32,000 nt of DNA from Sinorhizobium meliloti (GTDB lineage Bacteria > Pseudomonadota > Alphaproteobacteria > Rhizobiales > Rhizobiaceae). Within the stretch, counting starts at the first letter, position 1, and each line of letters opens with the position of its first letter. This document shows positions 18,170 to 27,393 of the stretch, one piece after another. Below the pieces are notes generated by a model. That model saw nothing but the letters and a program-made list of their open reading frames with translations, ran no database searches and had not been told where the DNA came from. The stretch covers positions 570,001 through 602,000 of the forward strand of contig NZ_JAGIOS010000003.1 of NCBI RefSeq assembly GCF_017876815.1, given 5' to 3'. The translations under genes were made by a program, and so were the position numbers.

Positions 18170-19150
18170 CTAACCGGCCGTGGACGCTGCGGCGGCGATT
18201 TCGCCACGCAGCCAGCGATGCTCTGGGTCTCGATGGCACCGCTCGTGCCAGATCAGCGCGACTTCGTATGGTCTCAGTTCCACAGGCGGGGGAATCACCG
18301 CGAGCGACAGCATGGCGGCGACACGGGTCGCCACGCGGCTTGGTACAACCAGCACTGAGTCAGTCGCCGCGATCAAGACCGCCGCGGTCAGTACGGTGGA
18401 AACCACCATCGGATCACCACGCTGCAGTCCGAGTTTGGTTAACCTGTCATAGATCTGCCCGAAAAGCTCGCCAGGTTCCGAGGCAATGGCGACGTGGCGC
18501 AAGGCCGCGAAAGCCTCGATCGTCCACTCCTGCGCCAAGGCCGGGTGATTGTGGCGTAGCACGCAGGTGAAGCTGTCGGCGTAGAGTCTGCGCCGCAAGT
18601 AGCCGAGCGGAGCGGCGCCCATCTGCCCGACGACCACGTCGATCTCACCTTGCTCAAGTAACCCCAGCGCGCCGCCCAAAAGCGGATCGGTCACAATGTC
18701 GAGATGAGGGGCGCGCTCGTGTAACCGCGGCAACAGATGTGGCAGCAGAACCACCGCTTGGTGATCGGGCATAGCCATTGTCACCTTCCATCGCCGTTGC
18801 GCCGGAGCCAAGCTGAGGTTCATCATCTGGCGAATCGCGTCTAGTACTGAAGGCAGCATCTGGGTCAAGCATTCAGCCAGAGGCGTCAGGACCAAGCCTC
18901 TAGAGCCGGCAACCAGAAGATCGTCCTTTAACATGCCGCGCAGCCTTGACAAGGCTCTGCTCATCGCCGGTTGGCTACGGCCCACGTGCTGGGCCGCTTG
19001 AGTAATGTGCCGATACTGCAGCAGAGCCTCAAGATCCACCAGTAGGTTTAGGTCGATGGACGCAAGGTTCGGCATTTGCCGTTGTTGTGCGGCGTCACTG
19101 ACACCGGTAAATTTGGCCCTATGCGGCCGCTTCCAAGTGGGCTGATCCAT
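18170..19150 (-). CDS. syrM: LysR-family symbiotic regulator SyrM
   Basis: 326-aa LysR-type regulator with HTH LNLLVDLEALLQYRHITQAAQHVGRSQPAMSRALSRLR. It lies between nodH and nodD3, as I recall for S. meliloti, and has a nod-box-like element upstream. Confidence 0.85.
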   Translation of the reverse strand: MDQPTWKRPHRAKFTGVSDAAQQRQMPNLASIDLNLLVDLEALLQYRHITQAAQHVGRSQPAMSRALSRLRGMLKDDLLVAGSRGLVLTPLAECLTQMLPSVLDAIRQMMNLSLAPAQRRWKVTMAMPDHQAVVLLPHLLPRLHERAPHLDIVTDPLLGGALGLLEQGEIDVVVGQMGAAPLGYLRRRLYADSFTCVLRHNHPALAQEWTIEAFAALRHVAIASEPGELFGQIYDRLTKLGLQRGDPMVVSTVLTAAVLIAATDSVLVVPSRVATRVAAMLSLAVIPPPVELRPYEVALIWHERCHRDPEHRWLRGEIAAAASTAG

Positions 19151-19590
19151 GGATCTATTCTCCTCGGCAGGTAATGTTCCCGCGCCACATCCCGGAGATC
19201 CAGGTCGTCACAATATGGGTGTGCGTGCCAAAGACTTTCCTGGCCCGCCGACAAATGGGAAGCGTCGTGATTTTCCGTTAATCAGAAGTACTTGGCTGTG
19301 ACGCCCCCCGGGCCTCGCAGGCCTAGCCTGATGGGTGTCGAAGACCCGCTGGTCCAGAATGCTTTCGAGGAACTGCCGGCTCACATCATATTTCAGTGCC
19401 AACGAGCAAGCCGCAAAATGATCTCGCCAAAGTGGCCCCGCCTGAAACTTACTGAAGAAAACTGCCTCAACACATCTGAGGCCCTGGTCGCAAATCATGC
19501 TTTCATTGCAAAGGAGTCTGTCGGAATTGATCTCGCTGCCCACTTCTGCCCTCCGGTTATATTCAACGTTCTTGTAATGGCATTCGGCGA

Positions 19591-19637
19591 GACAGGAGAA
19601 ATCGCGTTTTCGCATGACTGTCATCCACGTTTTGGAT
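19591..19637 (-). promoter_or_regulatory. Degenerate nod box upstream of syrM
   Basis: The minus strand reads ATCCAAAACGTGGATGACAGTCATGCGAAAACGCGATTTCTCCTGTC. ATC/GAT/ATG/GAT sit at positions 1-3, 13-15, 23-25 and 35-37, the same spacing as the nodF and nodH boxes. The proximal half matches the consensus at 15/25. It points toward syrM, about 440 nt upstream of its ATG. Confidence 0.7.
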
Positions 19638-19915
19638 ACATAGCCTCACTCAACGGCCGGTAAGCAGCCGCCCCTGCACTTCACTATCCATCATACAGGG
19701 TCTTCACCCGGCGCGAGCTCTGTTAAGGAGACTCTTGAAACGGGTTTCAAATGCCCATTGCATGCAGCGCTGATGGAAGACCGTCGAGACCGGCTTGCTG
19801 TCGAGGCCGCCGTCGGGCACGCGCCCGCCTCGGCAAGGCGGTCGGGGGACGCCCTGTCAAATTTTCAGGAGAGAGCGATCGCTAGAGGAGGTTGGCTCCG
19901 AATACGTGGCCTTTC

Positions 19916-21101
19916 GGACCTGCCACTGAACTTTTCATCCAGCGGCGATTAGAGCCTCGACCGTTTTCGATACACCAACTGGCTCGGTTGCGGCGATGAT
20001 CCCAGGATAGGCTGCCGGGGTGCGGTATCCGAGCGACGAGTGCGGCCGGAACGTATTGCAGTCGTCGACCATTTGGAAATGGCCCTGCTGGCATGGCTGA
20101 GACCGAAGAACAGACTCTCGTTCAGCAGCTCGTCGCGCATGCGGCCGTTGCACCTCTCGACATAGCCGTGTCTCACATCGGCTTTCCCGGTGCGATGTAG
20201 TGCCACTCGACTTTGTGCGCCTTCGATCAGGCAAGGATGGCTTCCGAGGTGAACTCCATGCCATGATCGGAGACGATCATGCCAGGTTTCCCGCCCGCGC
20301 CGTTCAAGGAGCGCCGTCACCTCCCGTGCTACACGACGCCGGGCGATCGAGGTGTCTGGGATCGCTGCCAGACATTCGCGCGTCACGTCATCGACGATGT
20401 AGAGCACACGGAACCTCCTTCCGCAGGCGAACTGGTCGTGTACGAAATCCAGCGACCAGCGGGCATTGGTTTTAGCCTTGACGAGGATCGGCGCACGCGT
20501 GCCGACGGCACGCCGTCTGGCTTCCGTTTGCGAACCGAAAGCGCTTCCTTGCGGTACAGCCGATAGACGCGGTTGACCCCGGACGGCTCTTCTCCCGCCT
20601 GAGCAGGACGAACAGCCGCCGATAGCCGAAGCGCCGTCGCTCGTTGGCGAGCTCTCGCAGTCTCGCTCGCAGTTCGACCTCCGGCGGTCGGCAAGACCGA
20701 TAGCGCACCATCTTCCGATCAGCGGATATGATCTGGCAGGCCCGCCGCTCCGAGAGGCCCATGACGGTCTTCAGATGGGCGACGGCTTCACGCCTGGCGG
20801 CAGGCCGTAACATTGAAGAAGCTCGCGGAGTGCGGCGGCACCCAGCATCTGCCCGGACAGCATCTTCTTCAGCTTGGCGTCCTCCTCTTCGAGCGCCTTC
20901 AGGCGCTTCGCCTCGGAAACCTCCATGCCGCCGTGTTTGGCTTTCCAGTTGTAAAAGGTCGCTTCCGAAACCCCGTGCTTGCGGCAGAGCTCAGCCACCT
21001 TCGCACGGCCTCCTGCTCCTTCAGCATGCAATAATCTGCTCTTCCGTAGATCTCTGCTTCTTCGATGCGTCCGTCCTGAGAAAATTACCGGTGGCAGATC
21101 A
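19916..21101 (-). mobile_element. Decayed IS3-family insertion sequence (IS407-like size, about 1.19 kb)
   Basis: The imperfect terminal inverted repeats are GGACCTGCCACTGAACTTTTC (left) and TGATCTGCCACCGGTAATTTTC (reverse complement of the right end). The internal orfA and orfB fragments are in several frames. Confidence 0.8.
19935..21060 (-). pseudogene. IS3-family orfA/orfB transposase, multiple frameshifts
   Basis: orfA-like: TEEQII..LKEQEAG..KVAELCRKHGVSEATFYNWKAKHGGMEVSEAKRLKALEEEDAKLKKML. orfB-like pieces: SERRACQIISADR..., RRRFGYRRLFVLLRRE, MLYIVDDVTRECLAAIPDTSI, YVERCNGRMRDELLNESLFF, NTFRPHSSLGYRTPAAY. These are spread over at least 4 frames or ORFs. Confidence 0.8.
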
Positions 21102-21880
21102 CGTCTTCCATGCGGTCGATTTGCATCTCGGGGCAATGAGTCTTCAACCATACCCAGCGCGCATGATGGGATACGCACTTTGCATGGCGTGGGCTGACCG
21201 GTGGCCACTAATATGGCCATCCTTTATCTGACTATCGGAGCGACGCGATTGATGTACTCAGGAAACTCCCGGAGAGAAGGCGCTGCCACGGCAGATGGTC
21301 TCGCTCCGAACGCCGCGCACAGGTTGACCGGGGCGTCCTCGTCCTCGGCCATGCCGTCGAAATTCGAGTGGTGCGCACCAGTGACTTCTGATTGGTATGC
21401 CCAAGAGGCTGCTGACCTTTAACGACAGGGAAAGGGCCAAGCGGGTCTGCATGAGGCGGCTCGGGCTGACTCATCGATGATTCGCAGCCGGTGGCCGCCT
21501 GGCACCCCTGGCGGAAGAAATGGGGCACTAGAAGGTGCGCTCTGCCCACCGCGCTCGCACGACAATTCCGTTCGCACGTGGAAGGCGATCGTAGGTAAAT
21601 GTCAGGAATGCTCCACGCAACGAAGTGACGCTTCGCTGGGTTTCGGCGGCCTTGAGCTCGGCCAGCTCTTCAGAAGGTCGTGTGCATTCGTCCGTCGGCC
21701 GACAAGCGTATGTGTTCCTTCGGTGCCTGACGCCTGAGACTAGCATGTCCGAGCGCCAGTTGGTCTTGCATCGAGTGCATTGAACAGAGCTGTCCTGCCG
21801 TGCTGACGACGTCCGGCGAAATGTTCGCCTTTACTGATTGGTCGGATGGTGACCTTTCAACTATGGATACAAACGAAGAC

Positions 21881-22822
21881 ATGCGTTTCAAAGGTCTTGA
21901 TCTAAATCTCCTCGTCGCACTCGATGCACTGATGACCAAACGAAGCGTTACCGCAGCGGCACGCAGCATCAACCTCAGTCAACCGGCAATGAGCTCGGCC
22001 ATCGCTCGCCTACGCTCCTATTTCCAGGACGAGCTTTTTAGGATGCAAGGCCGCGAACTTATCACAACACCGCGTGCGGAGGCACTCGCCCCTGCGATCC
22101 GGGACGCCCTGCTGCACATACAGTTCTCCATCATTTCCTGGGACATGTTCAACCCAGCCCAATCGGATCGATGTTTCAGGATCATTCTTTCCGACTTCAT
22201 GACACTCGTATTCTTTGAGAAGGTCGTGGAGCGCGTGGCTCGGGAGGCTCCCGGCGTCAGCTTCGAGTTGCTGCCTCCCGACGACAATCCCGACGAGCTT
22301 CTCCGGCGCGGTGAAGTCGATTTTCTGATTTTCCCGGACGTGTTCATGTCGAGCGTACATCCCAAAGCGAAACTGTTTGACCAGACACTGGTTTCCGTCG
22401 GCTGCCTCACGAACGAACAGCTGCTAGGGGATCTCTCGTTCGAGAGATATATGTCGATGGGGCATGTTGCAGCCCAGTTCGGACGTGCGCTGAAACCCTC
22501 CGTCGAACAATGGCTATTACTTGAACACGGATACAAGAGACGTATCGAACTCGTCGTGCCCGGTTTCAATTTGATTCCGCCGCTGCTTTCGGGAACCAAA
22601 CGTATAGCCATTATCCCATTGCGGCTGGCCAACCACTTTGCGAAAAGCATACCCTTGCGGATCGTCAAGCATCCGCTGCCACTCCTCTCGTTCACGGAGG
22701 CTGTCCAGTGGCCGGCTCTCCACAACAAGGATCAGGCAAGCATCTGGATGCGGGAAATTCTTTTGGATGAGGCCGCCCGAATTGCTGCTCCGCGCGAGAC
22801 CGCAGGGTGTCTTGGGCGTTAG
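21881..22822 (+). CDS. nodD3: LysR-family nodulation regulator NodD (NodD3 by position next to syrM)
   Basis: Canonical NodD N-terminus [45 protein letters not shown], starting at ATG 21881. The track ORF adds 27 non-conserved upstream codons, back to 21800. Confidence 0.9.
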   Translation: MRFKGLDLNLLVALDALMTKRSVTAAARSINLSQPAMSSAIARLRSYFQDELFRMQGRELITTPRAEALAPAIRDALLHIQFSIISWDMFNPAQSDRCFRIILSDFMTLVFFEKVVERVAREAPGVSFELLPPDDNPDELLRRGEVDFLIFPDVFMSSVHPKAKLFDQTLVSVGCLTNEQLLGDLSFERYMSMGHVAAQFGRALKPSVEQWLLLEHGYKRRIELVVPGFNLIPPLLSGTKRIAIIPLRLANHFAKSIPLRIVKHPLPLLSFTEAVQWPALHNKDQASIWMREILLDEAARIAAPRETAGCLGR

Positions 22823-23116
22823 ACATTGACGGATGCGGCATTGTTTCTCTTCGCTCTTTTCAGCAGATCGAGATAGACTAGGCCTTTCACGCCGACTTTC
22901 CGACTGGTGTCGCCGGAGCTACGCACCGGAGGCATAACCGGCTGGTCGGTGCGAAGCAGCGAACGCCAATGGCATCCACTCGAACTGGTGAAAGGCCGCC
23001 TGCACCCGCCTCCTCAGCCAGTTGACGTTCGAGTTGTGAGACGGACAGTTCAGAGTGGGAGTGGTACTCCGCCGTGCTGGGCCTCCTGATGCGCAGATCT
23101 GTCGACATTGAAGTCT

Positions 23117-23362
23117 TTACTTGGAGCTGTGATTGCGGTTCTCGCTGAAAATACCAAAAATGCGCAGCCGCGCGGATAGCTGCGCGATTGCAGCTAGACA
23201 GACCAGCAAGAGCACACTTCCGAAATAAGCTAGTTGGAAGAGCAGCAAGCAAGCCAGCGTCGTAACGATGAAGCCGGGGCAGGGCTGCAGGGCAAAGTAG
23301 ATTGCGAGAGAACTGGCGCACAGGAGCAGCCATAGGATTAGACAAACGAATCTGAAGGACAA
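23117..23362 (-). CDS. Hypothetical small membrane protein (81 aa, TTG start)
   Basis: Strongly hydrophobic, with 2-3 predicted TM stretches (FVCLILWLLLCASSLAIYF, IVTTLACLLLFQLAYFGSVLLLVCLAAIA). The TTG start is preceded by AAGGAG 8 nt upstream. The region has low GC. I recognise no family. Confidence 0.4.
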   Translation of the reverse strand: MSFRFVCLILWLLLCASSLAIYFALQPCPGFIVTTLACLLLFQLAYFGSVLLLVCLAAIAQLSARLRIFGIFSENRNHSSK

Positions 23363-23920
23363 TGACGTTCTCCTTGGTTTGCCATCGGATCATGCGGCAA
23401 CCTCGGCAGCGTCCAACTGAGCAATAGTGTCCAACATTTTTAGATAACTGCCGTGACCCAGGTATAATTTAGCGGATCTTCGGCGGATCATTTGAAGCTG
23501 AGCCGGTAATCGTCATACAGTCGTTTGGGCGTAAGTAGCATTCGCCCGAGTCCTACGGCTGATCGCGATCGGAGGGTTAACAGAAGGCTCGCGCGCTCCC
23601 TGGCTAGGAGGCCCGCCCTCCGCGTAGAGATATTGTGTCTCCACAGCAGAATCGATTCGGCGTCGCCGGCGGCGGGGTCAGAGCGGCGTCACGGCGAAGT
23701 TGGCTCATAAGCTCGGCGGGGCCTCCCCGCTTCCACGATCCGCAGAAATCTTGAGCTCGGGTCAGCGGCGATGCAGTTGATGAATGGCTCGTCATCACTG
23801 TCATCGGGGTCACCAGTCGGAACACTTAACGATATCATCAGTCACTCCTCGTCTACGAACCGGTCATGCTTTTCGCCGATGCGCTCCGGTGTACTGATAG
23901 TGGCTATCGGCCCGCCCCCA

Positions 23921-24310
23921 TCATGCAAAGCCGACATCCCGGTATGCTCCCGGTGTATAGTCATAAGCATGAGTTTTCAGCCCGCCCTGAAGACGCTCCA
24001 GCATGAAGTTCGAATACCACTCCCCGAAATTGCATGACGCCGCCCTCGTCTTCAGTCGAATAAGGGCCCGATTCGTAGGCCGGAGAGTGGATGCCAAAGG
24101 CAATTTCCTCGACAATCTGCCGGTCCCGGTCATTGGTTTCCGTCCAGACATGCGTGAGATCCTCGATCGTATAGTCGAGCAACCCTCGACCGGATCCTTG
24201 TTGATGAGCCACTTGGTCGTAACCTCAGTCAATTCGGGTAGCGCGCGGATCGCGTGATCGCCGAGGATATGGATTTGCTCCAAATCTATGGTGGTAGTCA
24301 GGGTCGACAT
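23921..24310 (-). pseudogene. Hypothetical gene downstream of fdxB, apparently broken by two frameshifts
   Basis: Protein-like translation runs through three successive frames: MSTLTTTIDLEQIHILGDHAIRALPELTEVTTKWLINKDPVEG, then LLDYTIEDLTHVWTETNDRDRQIVEEIAFGIHSPAYESGPYSTEDEGGV, then NFGEWYSNFMLERLQGGLKTHAYDYTPGAYRDVGFA. I do not recognise the family. Confidence 0.4.
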
Positions 24311-24413
24311 AGAAGGATCGCCGTCAACGCAATTCGGCCGTAGGGTGCACAGGAACGCCCATCGGTTCGAGAGTTTCGAATGACATCGCCGTTCTACCGG
24401 TTCTTCTGTCCGA

Positions 24414-24731
24414 TCACGCGGCAAGTATGTCAGCCGCGACATGAGTCTGGCAGTCCCTGGGGCAGACGCGGGCGCATGCTCCGCAGCCGATGCAACGGCC
24501 ACGGAAGTCGACGACCATGATCATACGATTGAGCTCACCACCGAAATCGTCCTCTTCGCCATCGAATGGGCCGAGAATTTCACCTACATCATCTATGCCG
24601 TGAAGGTGCATAACCTCGCGCGAGCAGACTTTAAAGCAGCGACCGCAGCCGATGCAGGTCGCACCGTCGATGGCGGATAGATATTTTGGCATCCATCTGG
24701 ATCCGTCGCGCGTCACGAATGAGCTTATCAT
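24414..24731 (-). CDS. fdxB: nif-cluster ferredoxin III (2x[4Fe-4S]-type)
   Basis: 105 aa with two cluster motifs, CIGCGRCFKVC and CIGCGACARVCP, separated by an acidic insert. It lies downstream of nifX, and its start overlaps the preceding small ORF stop (ATGA). Confidence 0.88.
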   Translation of the reverse strand: MISSFVTRDGSRWMPKYLSAIDGATCIGCGRCFKVCSREVMHLHGIDDVGEILGPFDGEEDDFGGELNRMIMVVDFRGRCIGCGACARVCPRDCQTHVAADILAA

Positions 24732-24931
24732 TGTGCATTCTCCGACTCAGCAAGTTCTCTTTTCACAGCGTCCAACTCAGCAAAAGCGCGAAACGCTTTT
24801 TCCGCGACTGCCATGATTTCGGTCCACTTACTTGGAAGATCCTCCGCGAGGTCGTGCAATTCCATCATTGCAGTTCCGGGCCCGCGACTGCAGTTTCCGC
24901 ATCCGTTTCCTCAGTTCTTCAGATCTGACAT
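24728..24931 (-). pseudogene. Small nif-cluster protein (DUF683/Rop-like type), disrupted by compensating frameshifts and an in-frame stop
   Basis: ATG 24931 (preceded by AAGGGGAAGAG) gives MSDLKN and then a stop. The next frame reads ELRKRMRKLQSRAR. The original frame then resumes as AMMELHDLAEDLPSKWTEIMAVAEKAFRAFAELDAVKRELAESENAQ. A 46-aa product from ATG 24868 remains possible. Confidence 0.55.
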
Positions 24932-25411
24932 GATCTCTTCCCCTTCATCCCAAATATGGATGAGTTCGCGCACTGCGACCGCATCGTTGACCAGCTTCGT
25001 ACTGCCTTGGCCGACCTTCAAAGCGTGTTAAAGGTGAATCGGTGCACGTCACAAAGGGCCTTCAGCACTCGACGAGCCGTTTGGTCGTAAATAGCACTCG
25101 CCCTAAACTCTCACTGGCGGAACGGCGGAACTCTCCGCCGGCGAGATCATTGAGATCTTTCCTTCCTCGATAGAGCGGTCGACGGCCCCTCCACAGCCAG
25201 CCGGATCAGGAACCCTCGATTACCCGGGATGGCGCGGCGCTGTTCTTCATGACGGGAAGTTCACCAGTAGCTCGGCACCGCACTTGCGCTCCGACGATGC
25301 TTAGGGATCCTGAGCATGGATCGGCCCAGGAGGCCGCCAGATGAGCGGAGCGGAAAGGGCCTTGCTATCATTGGCGGCAGGGGCGACCCGCGGGATCAGT
25401 AACGGGCTCAT
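24932..25411 (-). pseudogene. NifX-associated protein (DUF269-type) pseudogene
   Basis: The start ATG overlaps the nifX stop (TGATG). Family-like blocks are scattered over three frames and separated by stops: ALSAPLI..IHAQD, GAELLVNF, EEQRRAIPG, (V)PDPAG, LWR, SLGRVLFTTKRLVE, LKALCDVHRFTFNTL, TKLVNDAVAVRELIHIWDEGEE. Confidence 0.6.
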
Positions 25412-25911
25412 CATTCAGTCTCGTCCTCAAAGTCGGCTCTCTTTTTAGCTGCACCTGCATCCGCCAACATTTTGCGCAGCCAAGGTGGAGGAGCCGTCTG
25501 GAGCATTGTCTGGACGCTCGACAATACTTGGCTCATGGAGACAGCCTGCTGTGCTTTGATCGGATGAATCTTTGCGGAAATTACCTTGGCGGCCGAAGGA
25601 CCGCCGATGGCGAGACAAAATAAAAGCTGGCAGCCCTTCAACGCGGACACCCTCGACCGGATGCGGCCGTCACCTTCAGTGCGATGCCTTCCGCTCTCGT
25701 CCGAAGCGTCATCGAACTCAATGGCTTCCATGAACTGCGACTTGTGAGCTGTCACGTCGTAGATGGCAAAACGCTTGGCCGACCCGAAATGTGCGTTCAG
25801 CCCTTTCATATCTTCAGTAGCAATCGCAATGCGCAATGCGCCTACCGGCCGGTCCGAAATCTCTCTCTGGGACTGATCGCTGACGAGCGAGAGACGACGA
25901 ATGGAGATCAT
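25411..25911 (-). CDS. nifX: FeMo-cofactor biosynthesis protein NifX
   Basis: 166 aa. RIAIATEDMKGLNAHFGSAKRFAIYDV...ALKGCQLLFCLAIGGPSAAKV is typical of the NifX/NafY dinitrogenase-cofactor-binding fold. It lies between nifE and fdxB. Confidence 0.88.
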   Translation of the reverse strand: MISIRRLSLVSDQSQREISDRPVGALRIAIATEDMKGLNAHFGSAKRFAIYDVTAHKSQFMEAIEFDDASDESGRHRTEGDGRIRSRVSALKGCQLLFCLAIGGPSAAKVISAKIHPIKAQQAVSMSQVLSSVQTMLQTAPPPWLRKMLADAGAAKKRADFEDETE

Positions 25912-26096
25912 TTGGCAATTCCCCGACTACAGACTGCATTTAGTGGGTGTCGCGAGAGGAGTGCAAGAAGTTGGAAAGTTCGGAGTGAAGCCGGATGTAT
26001 CGCGCAGAAAACACGCTGCAGCGGGCAAACCTCTAACAAACCAGAAAAATAGGCGTTGGCGAGTAGCGGAGGCGCATTCGCGCCTCCGCTCTCTCA

Positions 26097-26130
26097 GAAC
26101 CGTGCGTGAACCTCTCAGTTCACACGGCTC
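26097..26130 (-). ncRNA. Group II intron domain V (catalytic hairpin)
   Basis: The minus strand reads GAGCCGUGUGAACUGAGAGGUUCACGCACGGUUC, a 34-nt hairpin with the consensus GAGCCGU...ACGGUUC flanks and an AGC-type triad context. It starts 3 nt after the IEP stop. Confidence 0.85.
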
Positions 26131-26133
26131 CCA

Positions 26134-27393
26134 TCAGGCAAACGTGCCGATCAGACCGAGTTGCCAGTGCACAAAGAGATCGGTGCGCTGCTCGACGAGC
26201 CGTTGTAAGAACCGACTTGCCCGAGCCTTACCCCTGCCAAAGCGCTTGAACTTCCGCCTTGCCCACGCAAGCATCGTCTGATTGACGTAGCGAAGTATGG
26301 GCTGCAGCCCCGTTGGCGCGTACCGTCCATAATAGCTGATCCACCCCCTGAGGAGCGGATTGATCAGCCGGGCGATGTCGTTCAACGAGAGCTGCGTCTG
26401 TCGGCGGATGTGCAAGTCCCTGATCTTTTCCCGCATCGCTTTCAGCGCCGAGGAACTGACCGCTGGTGTGAAGCCGCAAAACAGTCGCCCGCTTTGCGTT
26501 CCCCATACCGCGCGCGGTCGGAAGCAATATCCGAGGAAGTCGAACGTCACATTCGGATGTTGCCCTCTGCGTTTGGAGTCTCTGCAGTAAACGATCTTGG
26601 TTTTGGTGGGATGCATCTCCAGTTGGCACTCCGCCAGCCTCGCCTGAAGTGCGGCCTTGACGGCCTCCGCTTCCTGCTCGCTCCGGCAGTGCACCAAACC
26701 GTCATCCGCATACCGACACCATGGGAGGTCGGGATGTGTCCGGTCCATCCACAAGTCAAATGCGTAGTGCAGGAACAGATTTGAAAGAATCGGACTAATC
26801 ACGCCCCCTTGCGGGGTGCCGCAATCACGCTCTATTCTTTGTTCATCTTGTTCCATGGGCGCCGTCAGCCATCTTTCGATGTAGAGCAACGCCCATTTGC
26901 ACTTTACATGCTTGCGGACAGCCTTGAGCAATAGTTCGTGGGAGATGTTGTCGAACAGACCCTTGATGTCGAACTCTAAAACCCAATCATATTTCCAGCA
27001 CCGCTGACGCGTGATCCCCACGGCATCGAGCGCCGATTTGTTCGGCCTGTAGCCGTAGGAATCTTTCAGGAAGATCTGATCGAGTTCCGGTTCGATGAGC
27101 TGCTTGACCACCATCTGCGCGATCCTATCGCTCACGGTGGGCACACCCAAAATCCGCTGGCCCCCAGTCTTTTTGGGAATGGGGACGGCTCGCACCGGTG
27201 GCGGAAAGTAGCTTCCCGAACTCATCCTATTCCAGATCTTGTAGAGATTACCCTTCAAGTCGGCTTCGAACTGCTCGATCGTCTGCCCGTCCACACCGGC
27301 CGCACCACCATTGGATTTGACCGCTTTATAAGCTTCGTACACCAGCCGCTTATCGATCCTAAACGGCTTGTCTGTCGTATCCGCCGACGTCAT
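26134..27393 (-). CDS. Group II intron-encoded reverse transcriptase/maturase without endonuclease domain
   Basis: 419 aa. RT blocks include RILGVPTVSDRIAQ, DIKGLFDNI, GTPQGGVISPILSN and YADD at residues 228-231. The maturase X motif is LLRGWISYYGRY. There are no Cys pairs or HNH motif in the C-terminal 90 aa. Confidence 0.93.
   Translation of the reverse strand: MTSADTTDKPFRIDKRLVYEAYKAVKSNGGAAGVDGQTIEQFEADLKGNLYKIWNRMSSGSYFPPPVRAVPIPKKTGGQRILGVPTVSDRIAQMVVKQLIEPELDQIFLKDSYGYRPNKSALDAVGITRQRCWKYDWVLEFDIKGLFDNISHELLLKAVRKHVKCKWALLYIERWLTAPMEQDEQRIERDCGTPQGGVISPILSNLFLHYAFDLWMDRTHPDLPWCRYADDGLVHCRSEQEAEAVKAALQARLAECQLEMHPTKTKIVYCRDSKRRGQHPNVTFDFLGYCFRPRAVWGTQSGRLFCGFTPAVSSSALKAMREKIRDLHIRRQTQLSLNDIARLINPLLRGWISYYGRYAPTGLQPILRYVNQTMLAWARRKFKRFGRGKARASRFLQRLVEQRTDLFVHWQLGLIGTFA

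Noticed and set aside
19208-19624. 138-aa Cys-rich ORF upstream of syrM as a protein-coding gene
   Set aside because: Its ATG lies inside the nod-box-like element. Third-position GC is not elevated, an equally long ORF overlaps it on the other strand, and I recognise no family. It is more likely part of the syrM leader.
21800-21880. 27-codon N-terminal extension of nodD3
   Set aside because: NodD proteins start with [11 protein letters not shown]. The upstream codons are not conserved-looking, and the extension begins at a non-ATG codon.
22018-22728. 236-aa minus-strand ORF
   Set aside because: It is antisense to nodD3, and its Ser/Arg-rich translation has no motifs.
25990-26030. Possible sigma-54 promoter (GG-N10-GC: AGGTTTGCCCGCTGCA) upstream of nifX, just 3' of the intron
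   Set aside because: Only the GG and GC dinucleotides and the -12 CTGCA fit. The -24 half is far from TGGCAC, and I found no TGT-N10-ACA NifA site nearby.
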